A stretch of 64,000 nt of DNA from Candidatus Latescibacterota bacterium (GTDB lineage Bacteria; Latescibacterota; UBA2968; SICM01): contig CBDCJO010000002.1 of the NCBI GenBank assembly GCA_965217865.1, positions 1,216,001-1,280,000 of the forward strand. Reading direction: 5' to 3'. The number at the start of each line of letters is the position of its first letter. Within the stretch, counting starts at the first letter, position 1. Of the stretch, positions 39,922 to 48,938 are shown piece by piece. Below the pieces are notes generated by a model. The model worked only from the letters and a program-made list of their open reading frames with translations, made no database searches and was not told the DNA's origin. Position numbers and translations under genes: made by a program.

Positions 39922-42913
39922 AGCCTGAAGTGTCCCATACGATCTCGTTATCGGTCCCCGGCAACGGGTTTGCCAGGCTCATGGACCCGACGAGATCCGC
40001 GGATGTGTTAAATATCTTGACTTCAATCCTGGCTTCCCGCCCCAGGAAAAACCGCAATCGGGCGCCGCCGCCTACGATCGGATTCGGATAACAATAGACC
40101 CGTTCGGCCGGCAGGAACGAATCAGAAGGCCCTGGCCCTGGAGCTTGCTGTGTCAATGCCGAATTCCGGTTCCCGGGGCCTCCCCCTTCCTGGCCCCATT
40201 GGACCGACTCTCCGTTGAGATCCTCATCCAGGCGAATAAGATCCCACAGGCTGATGCCACCGGGCGAAGTAACTGCGATCAGGTCAAGGCCTCCATCCCC
40301 CTCCAGGTCTTCCAAAAGCGGAGAGGCAACAATAGGTCCCAGGGTCGCCAGCGGGAAACCGGGTAAGGGGTTCCCGTCACCGCGAAGTCCATAGAGATAA
40401 CCACCGGCCGAAAAAACCAGGTCGGGCCTTCCGTCCTTGTCCAAGTCACCGATCACAGGCGGCGCCATAATCTCTGTGGCGCGGTCTTTAACCGGAAGGT
40501 TGAAGGGACTGCCCACCTGAGCGACACCGTTGTGTCTCAAGATCTGAAGACCGGATCCCCCGGATGCCACCTCCAGAAACCCATCGCCGTCCACGTCGGC
40601 CACCGCGGCCCCGGAGCGAAATCCCCCGCCGCTGTTGGTAGGGACGACCCGTCCCTGACGGAGGTAAAAAACCTCACCGCCATCTGTGATGACGACCACT
40701 TCTGCGGCCTTGTCCCCGTCAAGATCCCCCAGAACCGGAGGCAGGGACACACGTCCCGGGATGCGGTCGATTATTCGGGACCCATCCGACCCCACCCGAT
40801 AGACCCCGCCTTCCGATCCGATCAGGACCACTTCTGGCGTTCCGTCCCCATCCAGATCCCCGACTGCAAGGCCGGCGACAGAGGATTCGGCCACGGGTTC
40901 ATCCAATCCGGTCACACGCCCGTTTTGTCCTTGTAAAGAGATCAGTTCACCCCCTCCCCCCCCCAGCAGCACGCTCGATCCCAGACCCAGGTCGGCTATG
41001 GTCGGAGGGGTTGAAGGTGGCCGATCAAGGCGAACCGACCACAAAAGCCCCTTCCCGGATCGGGCGGTGATCAGGCCGGAGGATCCAGCCGTAACTAGGT
41101 CTTGGGTCCCATCCCCGTCTAGGTCTCCTACCGCTGGGGTAAATATCGTCGAGTCCCCTGTCTCCACCCAAAGGCCTTGAGGGTCGGCACCGAACGGCTG
41201 ACCGTCGGCGCGGAAGGCCAAAAGGAGACCGTCAAGGGTGGTGGCTACGACCTCCTTGATCCCGTCCCCGTCCAGGTCGATGACCCGGGCGGCGTTCCGC
41301 CCGAATGCCGGGAGGCCCGTAACGGGCCATCTTCCCCCGGTTCGTTCGAACGATACGGAGACCGCCATGGTATCTCCGGGGGGACTCTGCACGGTGATTT
41401 GGATGCCCGTGTGATAACCCGCATTGCTTCGAGAGTCCGGGATGGTCGTCGGGCCGAAAGATATGCCTTTCCCTCCAACGTAAAAGGGGTCATCGGGCCC
41501 CCCCTCGATCTGGTCCACCCGGTCAAAAGGGACAAAGATGTTTCCGATGTCGAAATATCCGTCCGCCTCCACCAACCTCAACCCGCGACGATGGGGGTCG
41601 TCGTTGACGCCTCGGTCCTGGTCCGCCCCGCGGATAACCGACTCATCTACGTGCCAAATCAAAAGACCCGACCCCGGGATGAATGCGTCGTAGTGCTCTC
41701 TCGAAACCCATACACCTCCCGAATCGCCTCTCGAGAAGACCACGGTCGGGGTCTCTCCCGGCATCAGGCGGGATTCCCGATTTTCGAGGAGGAAATATTC
41801 ATCTGAAGTGATCGGGACTTTCACGACACGGGGAAGGCCTGTCCGGATATCCGCAGCCCCAATCTCGATCGTCGTGTCACGGCTAACCGTCAAGGGTGAA
41901 ATCCAACCCAGACGGACCCTGGACCACGCCTCGGGAAAAACAGGTGCGAAACCGACCAATCCGGTGCCGTCACGAAGAAATCCCGGAAGTCGCTCTGCAA
42001 TCTCCTTCCCGATAATTCGATTGGAGCCGACATCCATCAGGCTCCATCCCCCGGCCGCAGGAAGATCGTCCTTGAAATTGGACAGGCCTGGAAGGCCGAG
42101 TTGGCTCCCGAAGAACCGCGCCAGCGTGCCGTTGAGCCCACCCCGACCATCGGTGCTAATGGCTTCCGGCAGGAGCATGCCGTTGGCGACCAGGTGGCTC
42201 CCGTTTTGTACCGGGATCGCACCTCCCAAGTGGCTTTGGAGGTCGTTTTCGTCCACAAACGCAGAAGCCACATCGTTAAAAGTCCTTCCTGACCGCGCCT
42301 CTGCACCGATTCCGGCGTGAAATACGATATACGAACGAAATCCCGAAAAATCCAGCTCTCCCTTCTCAGTCGAGTCCGCTGCCACAATCCCATCCCGGAA
42401 AAGCTCCGTGATCCGTGAGGCAATTTCATCACTTGTCCTTCCGCTCCCATAACTTAATAGCGTTCGGGGGAGTCGATAGCTCTCGTTGAGGTCTTTCGGC
42501 CAGACCTCATATGTGATCTCCACCTGTCCGTCCGAGACTGTCCGGTAGTAGTCGGCCAGCGCGGTCAGGTGTGCTTCAAAATATGCCCCGTCATGAGGAG
42601 GTGTGTCGTAGAGGAACCGGTAATCGGGTCGGGCGGTTTCCAAAGGACGCTTGTCAAATGTCCCGTCGCCCGAAGTGGTAGGATTGTCTGGGTTTTCCTG
42701 GGGGAATGATACGCGAATGGCCAGAATACGCCACTGATCCGCCGCTGATGAGCGCTCGGCTGTCAGGTGGAACACGATGGGGAGAAGGAGGAGATGAAGC
42801 AGACGGATCAAGACTGGCCCTATGCGGTTTCGTACAAACGGAAGCCACAAAGCTGGGTCCGGCAATCCAAACTGCGCCCGGCGCGACCCAGATTTGTGGC
42901 TACGGTCATGCAC
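39833..42913 (-). CDS. T9SS-type secreted protein: M6/immune-inhibitor-A-like domain (degenerate zinc motif) + FG-GAP repeats + C-terminal sorting domain
   Basis: VFHAG, WSLMDVG, AWSRVRLGW, EYFLLENR, GLLIWHVDE, LVEADG; many DLDGDG repeats; C-terminal YCYPNP...WD...ATGLYICRV. Start uncertain. Confidence 0.78.
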   Translation of the reverse strand: MHDRSHKSGSRRAQFGLPDPALWLPFVRNRIGPVLIRLLHLLLLPIVFHLTAERSSAADQWRILAIRVSFPQENPDNPTTSGDGTFDKRPLETARPDYRFLYDTPPHDGAYFEAHLTALADYYRTVSDGQVEITYEVWPKDLNESYRLPRTLLSYGSGRTSDEIASRITELFRDGIVAADSTEKGELDFSGFRSYIVFHAGIGAEARSGRTFNDVASAFVDENDLQSHLGGAIPVQNGSHLVANGMLLPEAISTDGRGGLNGTLARFFGSQLGLPGLSNFKDDLPAAGGWSLMDVGSNRIIGKEIAERLPGFLRDGTGLVGFAPVFPEAWSRVRLGWISPLTVSRDTTIEIGAADIRTGLPRVVKVPITSDEYFLLENRESRLMPGETPTVVFSRGDSGGVWVSREHYDAFIPGSGLLIWHVDESVIRGADQDRGVNDDPHRRGLRLVEADGYFDIGNIFVPFDRVDQIEGGPDDPFYVGGKGISFGPTTIPDSRSNAGYHTGIQITVQSPPGDTMAVSVSFERTGGRWPVTGLPAFGRNAARVIDLDGDGIKEVVATTLDGLLLAFRADGQPFGADPQGLWVETGDSTIFTPAVGDLDGDGTQDLVTAGSSGLITARSGKGLLWSVRLDRPPSTPPTIADLGLGSSVLLGGGGGELISLQGQNGRVTGLDEPVAESSVAGLAVGDLDGDGTPEVVLIGSEGGVYRVGSDGSRIIDRIPGRVSLPPVLGDLDGDKAAEVVVITDGGEVFYLRQGRVVPTNSGGGFRSGAAVADVDGDGFLEVASGGSGLQILRHNGVAQVGSPFNLPVKDRATEIMAPPVIGDLDKDGRPDLVFSAGGYLYGLRGDGNPLPGFPLATLGPIVASPLLEDLEGDGGLDLIAVTSPGGISLWDLIRLDEDLNGESVQWGQEGGGPGNRNSALTQQAPGPGPSDSFLPAERVYCYPNPIVGGGARLRFFLGREARIEVKIFNTSADLVGSMSLANPLPGTDNEIVWDTSGYATGLYICRVEATDRGGQKEVRFVKAAVK

Positions 42914-42971
42914 ACCCTCAGAAACGATGGGAACGGACCCTCCCCAACCTCCCTATACCGGGGATTGGGTC

Positions 42972-44006
42972 TCAGAAATGGAATCCCCCTGTGAATCGGA
43001 ATTCGTTTCTGAGAGGGGTATTATTTGCCGTGAAGTATGCCACGTCAAACGTCATCCAGTTGTATTTCAGGCCGATTCCGAAGGTCGGTGTCTTGATTTT
43101 CCCGTCCCGATCGTGGGTGTAGCCTCCACGGACCGCGACAGCGGAGGCATCGGTCAAACTGAGCTGATACTCCGATCCGACCCGGAAGTCCATGGCCTCG
43201 AATTGCTGACTTGCGGATTCGTCCTTCCAGGAGGTGATGAATGAAAAGAACCCATCCCCGACGAGGGGCTTGTAAAGGTCGGTGGTCACCAGTACGGTGT
43301 GAGGCCCCTTCCGATAGGTTTTGTAGGCGAACCCCACGACCAGATGCTGGGGCAGGGGATCCGACTGCCGCTGATCGATGAAAGTGATATTGGGGCCTAT
43401 GTTCCGGAGCACGCCGGCGAATGTCAGGCGATCCGTGGGCCGATACATGAATCCAAAGTCGCCCGCGAACGATGTGCCGTTCCCCTTCCCCTGCTCGGCT
43501 CCCGCTCCGCTATCAGCCAGGTGTTCGTGGATGAATTTGAGTGAGACCCCTGTTGAGAGTTTGTTCCACATCCGCATACCATAAGAGACGCCCACAGCCA
43601 GATCGAAACTGGTAAACTGACCCAGTTCCTGACCCGTCTCGCTTGTTCGGAACTGCGTCCCCAGGGAGACATAACTCATACTGAAGCCCATGTTGCCGAT
43701 CTCACCGACGGGTTGGGAATATGTACCATAGGCGAAAAACACATCCGATGCGAGGGCAGGAATGGGTTTGTACATCGTAAAACTCATGTCCTTGCGGGTA
43801 TTGTCGACCAGAGCTGACGGATTGTAATAGGTCGCGTTGGCATCGTCCGATATCGCAATATATGCCTTCCCCATGGCTGCCGAACGCGCACTGGGCTCGA
43901 AAAGGAGAAAGCTTGCTGCGGCCTTGCTTTCGGGTGTTGCGTGCGCCACGGACACCGCAAAGCCCGATAATGCGAATAGCACGCCTGCGAGGGTGATCTT
44001 TTTCAT
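42972..44006 (-). CDS. porV: PorV/PorQ-family outer-membrane beta-barrel (type IX secretion)
   Basis: Signal peptide; FLLFEPSARSAAMG.AY.AISDDANATYYNPSAL; NIGP..TF.....DPLP; terminal Phe. Confidence 0.85.
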   Translation of the reverse strand: MKKITLAGVLFALSGFAVSVAHATPESKAAASFLLFEPSARSAAMGKAYIAISDDANATYYNPSALVDNTRKDMSFTMYKPIPALASDVFFAYGTYSQPVGEIGNMGFSMSYVSLGTQFRTSETGQELGQFTSFDLAVGVSYGMRMWNKLSTGVSLKFIHEHLADSGAGAEQGKGNGTSFAGDFGFMYRPTDRLTFAGVLRNIGPNITFIDQRQSDPLPQHLVVGFAYKTYRKGPHTVLVTTDLYKPLVGDGFFSFITSWKDESASQQFEAMDFRVGSEYQLSLTDASAVAVRGGYTHDRDGKIKTPTFGIGLKYNWMTFDVAYFTANNTPLRNEFRFTGGFHF

Positions 44007-44141
44007 CTCGGACCTCCTGGATAGATTAACCTTTCCAATCCTTAAAAGAAACCCTTTCCAAAGGAAAAATCAAGAAAAGATATTCAATTAAAGGTTTGAT
44101 TTACTCCAAATTATCGAATCAGCAAATCCGGGTCCAAAAAT

Positions 44142-44184
44142 AAAAAAACCGAGCAAAAAAGCCGACGACCCGGCCGCTCGGTTT
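44142..44184 (-). terminator. Candidate intrinsic terminator
   Basis: Inverted repeat aaaccgagc (44146-44154) / gctcggttt (44176-44184) with an inner gccg/cggc stem, followed on the minus strand by a U-run. Confidence 0.55.
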
Positions 44185-44568
44185 GAATTTTTTCGAATTG
44201 CGATCAACCAGGAAATTACAATATCGGAATACGACTTAGGCGCCCAGATACTACGGCAATATGGGCACCAAACACTAATGCGATGGTTTGCGAGCATCAT
44301 GCAAGTCGGGGAATGAGAATCACTGTCCACCTTGAATCCATTGACGAGCTGGTGATTGAAACACGGGTACAATCCATTGTCCCACAAGTTGTAGAGCGAA
44401 CGACAACCATTGGTCACAAACCATAAGACGTTACATGCGGCTTGGTGCCTGTATCCGGAATTTACCCTTAAATGGGACATTCCGTAACCTAACCCTAAAG
44501 GTATAGGGGATACACCACGTATTGTCACCTTTAAGAAACGACCCGTCGGTGATCGGTGAGTTAAAAAA

Positions 44569-44838
44569 ATGAGACTATTTGCAATAATGACCGATACTGT
44601 CAATAAAGAATTGGAAATAGCCCTTAAAAGGGATTTTCCCAAAAGGTATTACGACTTTGGGGATGGCCAATGGTTTGTTGCTGGAAACGGTACCGCAACT
44701 TATGTTTATAAGACCCTTGATAGAGATGAAAACTTGGACATTGGCTCAGTTGTGGTTATGTCAATCGTTGGTTATAACGGCTATGCCAGCACGGATTTGT
44801 GGGATTGGATGCAGGCGATGAGCGAAGAAAATGGCTAA
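44569..44838 (+). CDS. Small hypothetical protein, possible Cas2/ferredoxin-like fold; possible IS passenger
   Basis: 89 aa, AT-richer than flanks; QWFV...T...VVV...GY.....W.WM pattern; overlaps the next ORF by 8 nt. Confidence 0.65.
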   Translation: MRLFAIMTDTVNKELEIALKRDFPKRYYDFGDGQWFVAGNGTATYVYKTLDRDENLDIGSVVVMSIVGYNGYASTDLWDWMQAMSEENG

Positions 44839-45061
44839 CGGGCATCACGCTGAAGCACCAAGACCGCCCCTGTCTGAAGGTCAGCCGGCAGAGAAAGAGA
44901 ATTTTGAGAGGTTGGTGCGCTTGGAAACTCGCATCGAATACATTGCCACCAAAGAAGACATTCAAAAGTTGAAAGTTTGGGTTCTTGGTGGCGTGATTGC
45001 CGCAATAATTATCGCCTTCACGGTTTTAAAGTGGTTCCCTCCCCAATCACCCCCTACGTAA
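44831..45061 (+). CDS. Small coiled-coil + single-TM protein (XhlA/DUF1640-like); possible IS passenger
   Basis: ERLVRLETRIEYIATKEDIQKLK followed by hydrophobic VWVLGGVIAAIIIAFTVL. Confidence 0.65.
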   Translation: MANGHHAEAPRPPLSEGQPAEKENFERLVRLETRIEYIATKEDIQKLKVWVLGGVIAAIIIAFTVLKWFPPQSPPT

Positions 45062-45092
45062 ACTTACGCTCCCAGAAATTCAAACTGAGCCC

Positions 45093-45977
45093 CTATGCGA
45101 AGCACCCCTTCATGAACGTATCGAACGTCCGCTTGTTCTTTCGGTTGTTGTATTTATAGCACGCCTCGGCCACGTAGAACGGCGTGTAACGCTTCGTGTA
45201 GTGATGATGGGAACCGTACCAGGCACGCTTGAGCAAGGACCACACGCCTTCAATCGTGTTGGTGTGTATATCACCGTCCGCATAATGCCTGGCGTGGTGG
45301 ATCACAGCGTGGCTCATGATTTGCCTTACGGTGTTATAAGCACTAAATTCGTCCGTGACAAGCACCGAATCTTCCGAAGGGTCTATCGCCTGCTTGACGA
45401 AGGCCAGAACCCCCGCACCCGACAGATCGTCCGCCACACGGGCAACTACCTTGCCGCCACGCTCCACGGCTCCTATAACCGGAGTCTTGCGGGTCCCGCG
45501 CCCCCTGGGAGCGTTGCCGCCGCCTGATCGCCTGTTGCGTTTCCGTGGCTTGCCTCCGACGTAGGTCTCGTCGGCTTCGACGATCCCGCGCAACAATATT
45601 TTCCCCTGCCTCGTTGCCATCTCTGCTCGAATCCGCTGTTGCATGTACCATGCCGACCGTTGGTTAAGGTTCAGGTCGCGGGCAAGCTGGCAACTGGACA
45701 GGCTCTTCTTGGCGTTCACGATCAAGGCTATAGCCATAAACCACTTCTGAAGCGGAAGGTGAGTGCCCTGAAATATCGTCCCGGAAAGGACGTTGAAGCT
45801 GGACCCACAGGCATGGCAGTTCCAACGCCCGACAAGAGTTCCCTCTTTCTTCCGGGCGCACTCCCCAACCGCCCCACACAGCGGACAAAACGGATCATCC
45901 CCAAACCGCACCCGCTCAAGATGCTCAATACATGATTCCTGATCCGGGAACTTTTCAATCGCCGTCAACAAGTTCAT
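45093..45977 (-). mobile_element. IS1595-family transposase (intact ORF)
   Basis: CPLCG...CHAC zinc ribbon, SGTIF..TH.PL.KWF, SS.QLARDL HTH, EADETYVGG, VTDEF.AY, HTNTIEGVWSLLKR. Confidence 0.93.
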
Positions 45978-46025
45978 TTTCCTTCCTCCCTTTTTTTGGT
46001 TAAGTTAGTTGTTTTCACTACACTT

Positions 46026-46054
46026 AATATAACTAAAAAGGGATTGAAAGTCAA
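46026..46054 (-). promoter_or_regulatory. Sigma70-type promoter for the IS1595 transposase
   Basis: TTGACT-N17-TATATT on the minus strand, ~50 nt before the ATG. Confidence 0.7.
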
Positions 46055-46074
46055 GCCTTAATCTGCTAATTGCC

Positions 46075-46699
46075 TTTACTTTATCTGTTTGTATTGGGAG
46101 TGCCCTCTTACCGATCCAGGCACTACCTGTCCGTATCGCTGAAAACGGCTCAGCGGATTTATACCACGTTTCGCCAGGCCATCTACGATCATAGCTTTAC
46201 GGACCAGGTGCTTTGGGGTGAGATCGAGTTGGACGAGGCGATGTATGGAGGTCATCATAAGGGTAAGCGTGGATGGGGAGCAGCCGGAAAACACTTGGTT
46301 TTCGGGCTTTATCAGAGGAACGGAAAAGTCCTCACCTTTCCCATTCCGGATCGAAGTCGAAACACCCTTACACCGCTTGTGACCTCACACACCAAAGCAG
46401 GCAGTCTATACTACACCGATGACTGGCACGCCTACACTTGGCTGTCAGTCAAAGGTGACCACGTGGTTGTTCGAAAAGAAGAAGGGGTGCCCAAAGGCAA
46501 AGGCCGACATCACATCAATGGCATCGAAGGCTTCTGGAGTTTTTCTAAAAATTGGCTATCAATACAGAGGAATCCCTCGACATCATTTCCATTTATACCT
46601 GAAGGAAACAGAGTTCAGATTCAACCAGGAAGACGAGGATCTCTTCCCAATTATTGCTTCATATCTGGTGAATCTGGTACCAATATCTTCCTAATTACC
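46075..46699 (+). pseudogene. Second IS1595-family transposase, 5'-truncated and frameshifted
   Basis: ELDEAMYGG..KGKRGWGAAGK, YTDDWHAY, HINGIEGFWSFSKNWL in one frame; YQYRGI...FHLYLKETEFRFN continues in another (shift near 46557); no zinc ribbon. Confidence 0.88.
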
Positions 46700-46755
46700 T
46701 AAATTTTTAACTTAGGCGAAGTCTTTGTTAAAGTCAAGCCATTTCTGTGCTCGGA

Positions 46756-46926
46756 TTAGTCGATCTCGTCAGCTTCATCGATCAGCATGATCGGAATATC
46801 ATCTTCAATCCGGTAACGAAGTTTACAGGCCCGACACGTCAGGGTTTCTTTTTCCCGATCGTATTCCAGGTCCCCTTTGCATTTTGGGCAGGCCAGGATG
46901 TCGAGAAGGTCCTGTTGAAGAGGCAT
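46756..46926 (-). CDS. Trm112/YcaR-family small zinc-binding protein (56 aa)
   Basis: Not in the ORF track; MPLQQDLLDILACPKCKGDL...LTCRACKLRYRIEDDIPIMLIDEA; GGAG RBS. Confidence 0.92.
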   Translation of the reverse strand: MPLQQDLLDILACPKCKGDLEYDREKETLTCRACKLRYRIEDDIPIMLIDEADEID

Positions 46927-46990
46927 AGGGCTCCACTCTCAAGCTTATCGGCAAATACGGCGATTCCTTAACCAATTCTTTGCACGAGAA

Positions 46991-47020
46991 AATCTATTAA
47001 ATCGAAGACGGCCTTGTCAA
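46991..47020 (-). promoter_or_regulatory. Candidate sigma70 promoter for the Trm112-like gene
   Basis: TTGACA-N18-TAGATT in an AT-rich divergent intergenic region. Confidence 0.5.
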
Positions 47021-47055
47021 GGTAATTTATATAAATTATGGGGCTTGCTTTTTTA

Positions 47056-47085
47056 TTGACACCCCTTATGGGGATTGTATAAATT
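47056..47085 (+). promoter_or_regulatory. Candidate sigma70 promoter for rmlD
   Basis: TTGACA followed by TATAAA (16-nt spacer) or TAAATT (18-nt spacer). Confidence 0.5.
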
Positions 47086-47142
47086 CAATTCTTATAAGAG
47101 TTTTTATCCATATTCACGCAGTCAGAGCCGAACTGTGGATGC

Positions 47143-48054
47143 ATGAAGTTGTTGATCACCGGGTCCAACGGACTCCTTGGACAAAGGCTGATTGCCCGGG
47201 CACCTGCCGACGCTCAAATAATCCCCACTTTTCATTCCCATCCTGGAATTCAGCCCAACTTCGAGCTTCTCGACGTCACAGAACGAAGGCAGGTTGAATC
47301 TCTACTCGAACGGATCCGTCCGGATTGGGTCATTCACACCGCAGCCCTTACGGATGTGGACGGCTGCGAGTTAAAAAGGGATCTGGCCTGGAGGGCCAAC
47401 GTGGTGGGGACGGAAAACATCGCCCGCGCGTGTGAATCTATTGGATCCGGACTTATACACGTCTCCACAGATTATGTCTTCGATGGGACCTCAGGTCCAT
47501 ATGACGAAACGGCCCCAACCCATCCAATCAACATCTATGGCTTGACTAAATTAGAGGCGGAACAGCGGGTTTTGTCCGTGAAATCTCATGCGGCCGTTGT
47601 GCGCACAATCGTTCTGTACGGCTATTCCACGGGCGTCCGACCGAATTTTGTCACGTGGCTCATCCAATCCCTTCAAAATGCTGGGTCGGCTCGGGTGGTC
47701 ACAGACCAGTGGAGTACCCCTACCTTCGCCGACGACCTTGCCGATTTTTTAATAATCCTTTGCAAAAAACGTGCCACCGGACTGTTTCATTTTGCCGGTT
47801 CTGATCTTTTGACTCGTCACGATATGGCGCTCCGGGTCTGCCGGCGATTCGGCCTGGATGGGACCGTTGTTCCTGTCTCCACTTCAGAGCTCGGCCAGAG
47901 TGCAAGGAGGCCCCTGCGATCGGGCTTGAAGACAGGTCTTGTGCAACGCCTGTTTCAGATTCGTCCCAGGTCATTCGATGATGGGTTGAATATCCTGGCC
48001 GAACAGTTCGAAGACTTAAACCCCCACGGCCTTAATAAAGTTCCCGGACGTTGA
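47143..48054 (+). CDS. rmlD: dTDP-4-dehydrorhamnose reductase
   Basis: ITGSNGLLG, HTAALTDVDGCE, STDYVFDG, YGLTKLEAE, DQWSTPT. Confidence 0.88.
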   Translation: MKLLITGSNGLLGQRLIARAPADAQIIPTFHSHPGIQPNFELLDVTERRQVESLLERIRPDWVIHTAALTDVDGCELKRDLAWRANVVGTENIARACESIGSGLIHVSTDYVFDGTSGPYDETAPTHPINIYGLTKLEAEQRVLSVKSHAAVVRTIVLYGYSTGVRPNFVTWLIQSLQNAGSARVVTDQWSTPTFADDLADFLIILCKKRATGLFHFAGSDLLTRHDMALRVCRRFGLDGTVVPVSTSELGQSARRPLRSGLKTGLVQRLFQIRPRSFDDGLNILAEQFEDLNPHGLNKVPGR

Positions 48055-48097
48055 ACAACGCATCTCTCAGGACCCCCTTCTTCCAGAGTACCCCACG

Positions 48098-48847
48098 ATG
48101 CCGAATCCAGGATTTCGCGTGTCCCTCGTCACGCCAACCTACAACGAAAGGGAGAACATCCCGATCCTGGCGCAGGAGGTATTCGCGATTGTCCGGAAGT
48201 ACCCTTCAATCGACCTCGAGCTGATCATCGTCGATGACAACTCCCCGGACGGAACCGGAGATGTCGCCGACCAGTTGAGCGACCGGTATCCGATCAGGGT
48301 GATCCACCGTTCGGGCCGGTTGGGGTTGGGAAGCGCGGTGATGGAAGGATTTATGTCCTCCGATTACCCTCTTTTAGGGGTGATCGATGCCGATCTTAGC
48401 CACGATCCGGTCGTCCTCCCAAAACTGATCACCAGCCTCGAAAAATACGACATCACCATCGGAAGCCGATACAATCCCGAAAGCCGTGTGGAGAGATGGC
48501 CGTTACATAGAAAGCTGATCTCTCAGGCGGGAGTCCTTTTTGCCAGGTTTTTGACCGGCGTTCACGACCCCCTGAGCGGATACTTCTTCCTTCACCGATC
48601 CGTCCTGGACGGTTTGCAGCTTACTTCGCCGGGATTCAAGATCCTCCTGGAAATCCTGGTTAAAGGGACCTATAACTCTGTCCTCGAAACCCCTTTTATC
48701 TTCAGGGACCGAGAGCACAGTTCCAGCAAGCTAAATTATCTGGAATACATCCTTTTCACCAAACAACTGATCACGTTTTCCCTGGTGTATGGATCCCGCA
48801 ACCAGAGGGTCAACAGGCCATCCAGAGCCACCGACAAATTGTCTTGA
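48098..48847 (+). CDS. Polyprenol-monophosphomannose synthase (Dpm1-like GT2)
   Basis: PTYNERENI, VDDNSPDGT, GLGSA, DADLSHDP, DPLSGYF, GFKILLEIL. Confidence 0.88.
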   Translation: MPNPGFRVSLVTPTYNERENIPILAQEVFAIVRKYPSIDLELIIVDDNSPDGTGDVADQLSDRYPIRVIHRSGRLGLGSAVMEGFMSSDYPLLGVIDADLSHDPVVLPKLITSLEKYDITIGSRYNPESRVERWPLHRKLISQAGVLFARFLTGVHDPLSGYFFLHRSVLDGLQLTSPGFKILLEILVKGTYNSVLETPFIFRDREHSSSKLNYLEYILFTKQLITFSLVYGSRNQRVNRPSRATDKLS

Positions 48848-48872
48848 CAACTTATACCTTGAATTGTAAGTT
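48844..48872 (+). promoter_or_regulatory. Candidate sigma70 promoter for the S41 protease gene
   Basis: TTGACA-N17-TAAGTT. Confidence 0.55.
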
Positions 48873-48938
48873 AAATTTCCTTCGATGATTATTCATATAT
48901 GGCCGCTTGAATTGGGTTTCGCACCCTTGAGGTAATTC

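Noticed and set aside
44088-44642. 184-aa minus-strand ORF containing CPYC
   Set aside because: No recognisable family, overlaps the 44569 gene in antisense and runs through a terminator-like hairpin.
44569-44838. CRISPR-Cas locus suggested by a Cas2-like small protein
   Set aside because: No repeat-spacer array or other cas genes were seen in the window.
44234-46718. 9-bp direct repeat acttaggcg (44234-44242 and 46710-46718) as a target-site duplication
   Set aside because: The sequences just inside the two copies are not inverted repeats of each other; may be chance.
46047-46740. Repeated aaagtcaagcc flanking the broken transposase
   Set aside because: Both copies contain a minus-strand TTGACT -35 box with a plausible -10, so promoter similarity explains it; not accepted as IS ends.
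44006-47143. Strand switch as a replication origin or terminus
   Set aside because: No dnaA, DnaA-box cluster or dif site recognised; divergent promoters explain it, and GC skew was not computed.
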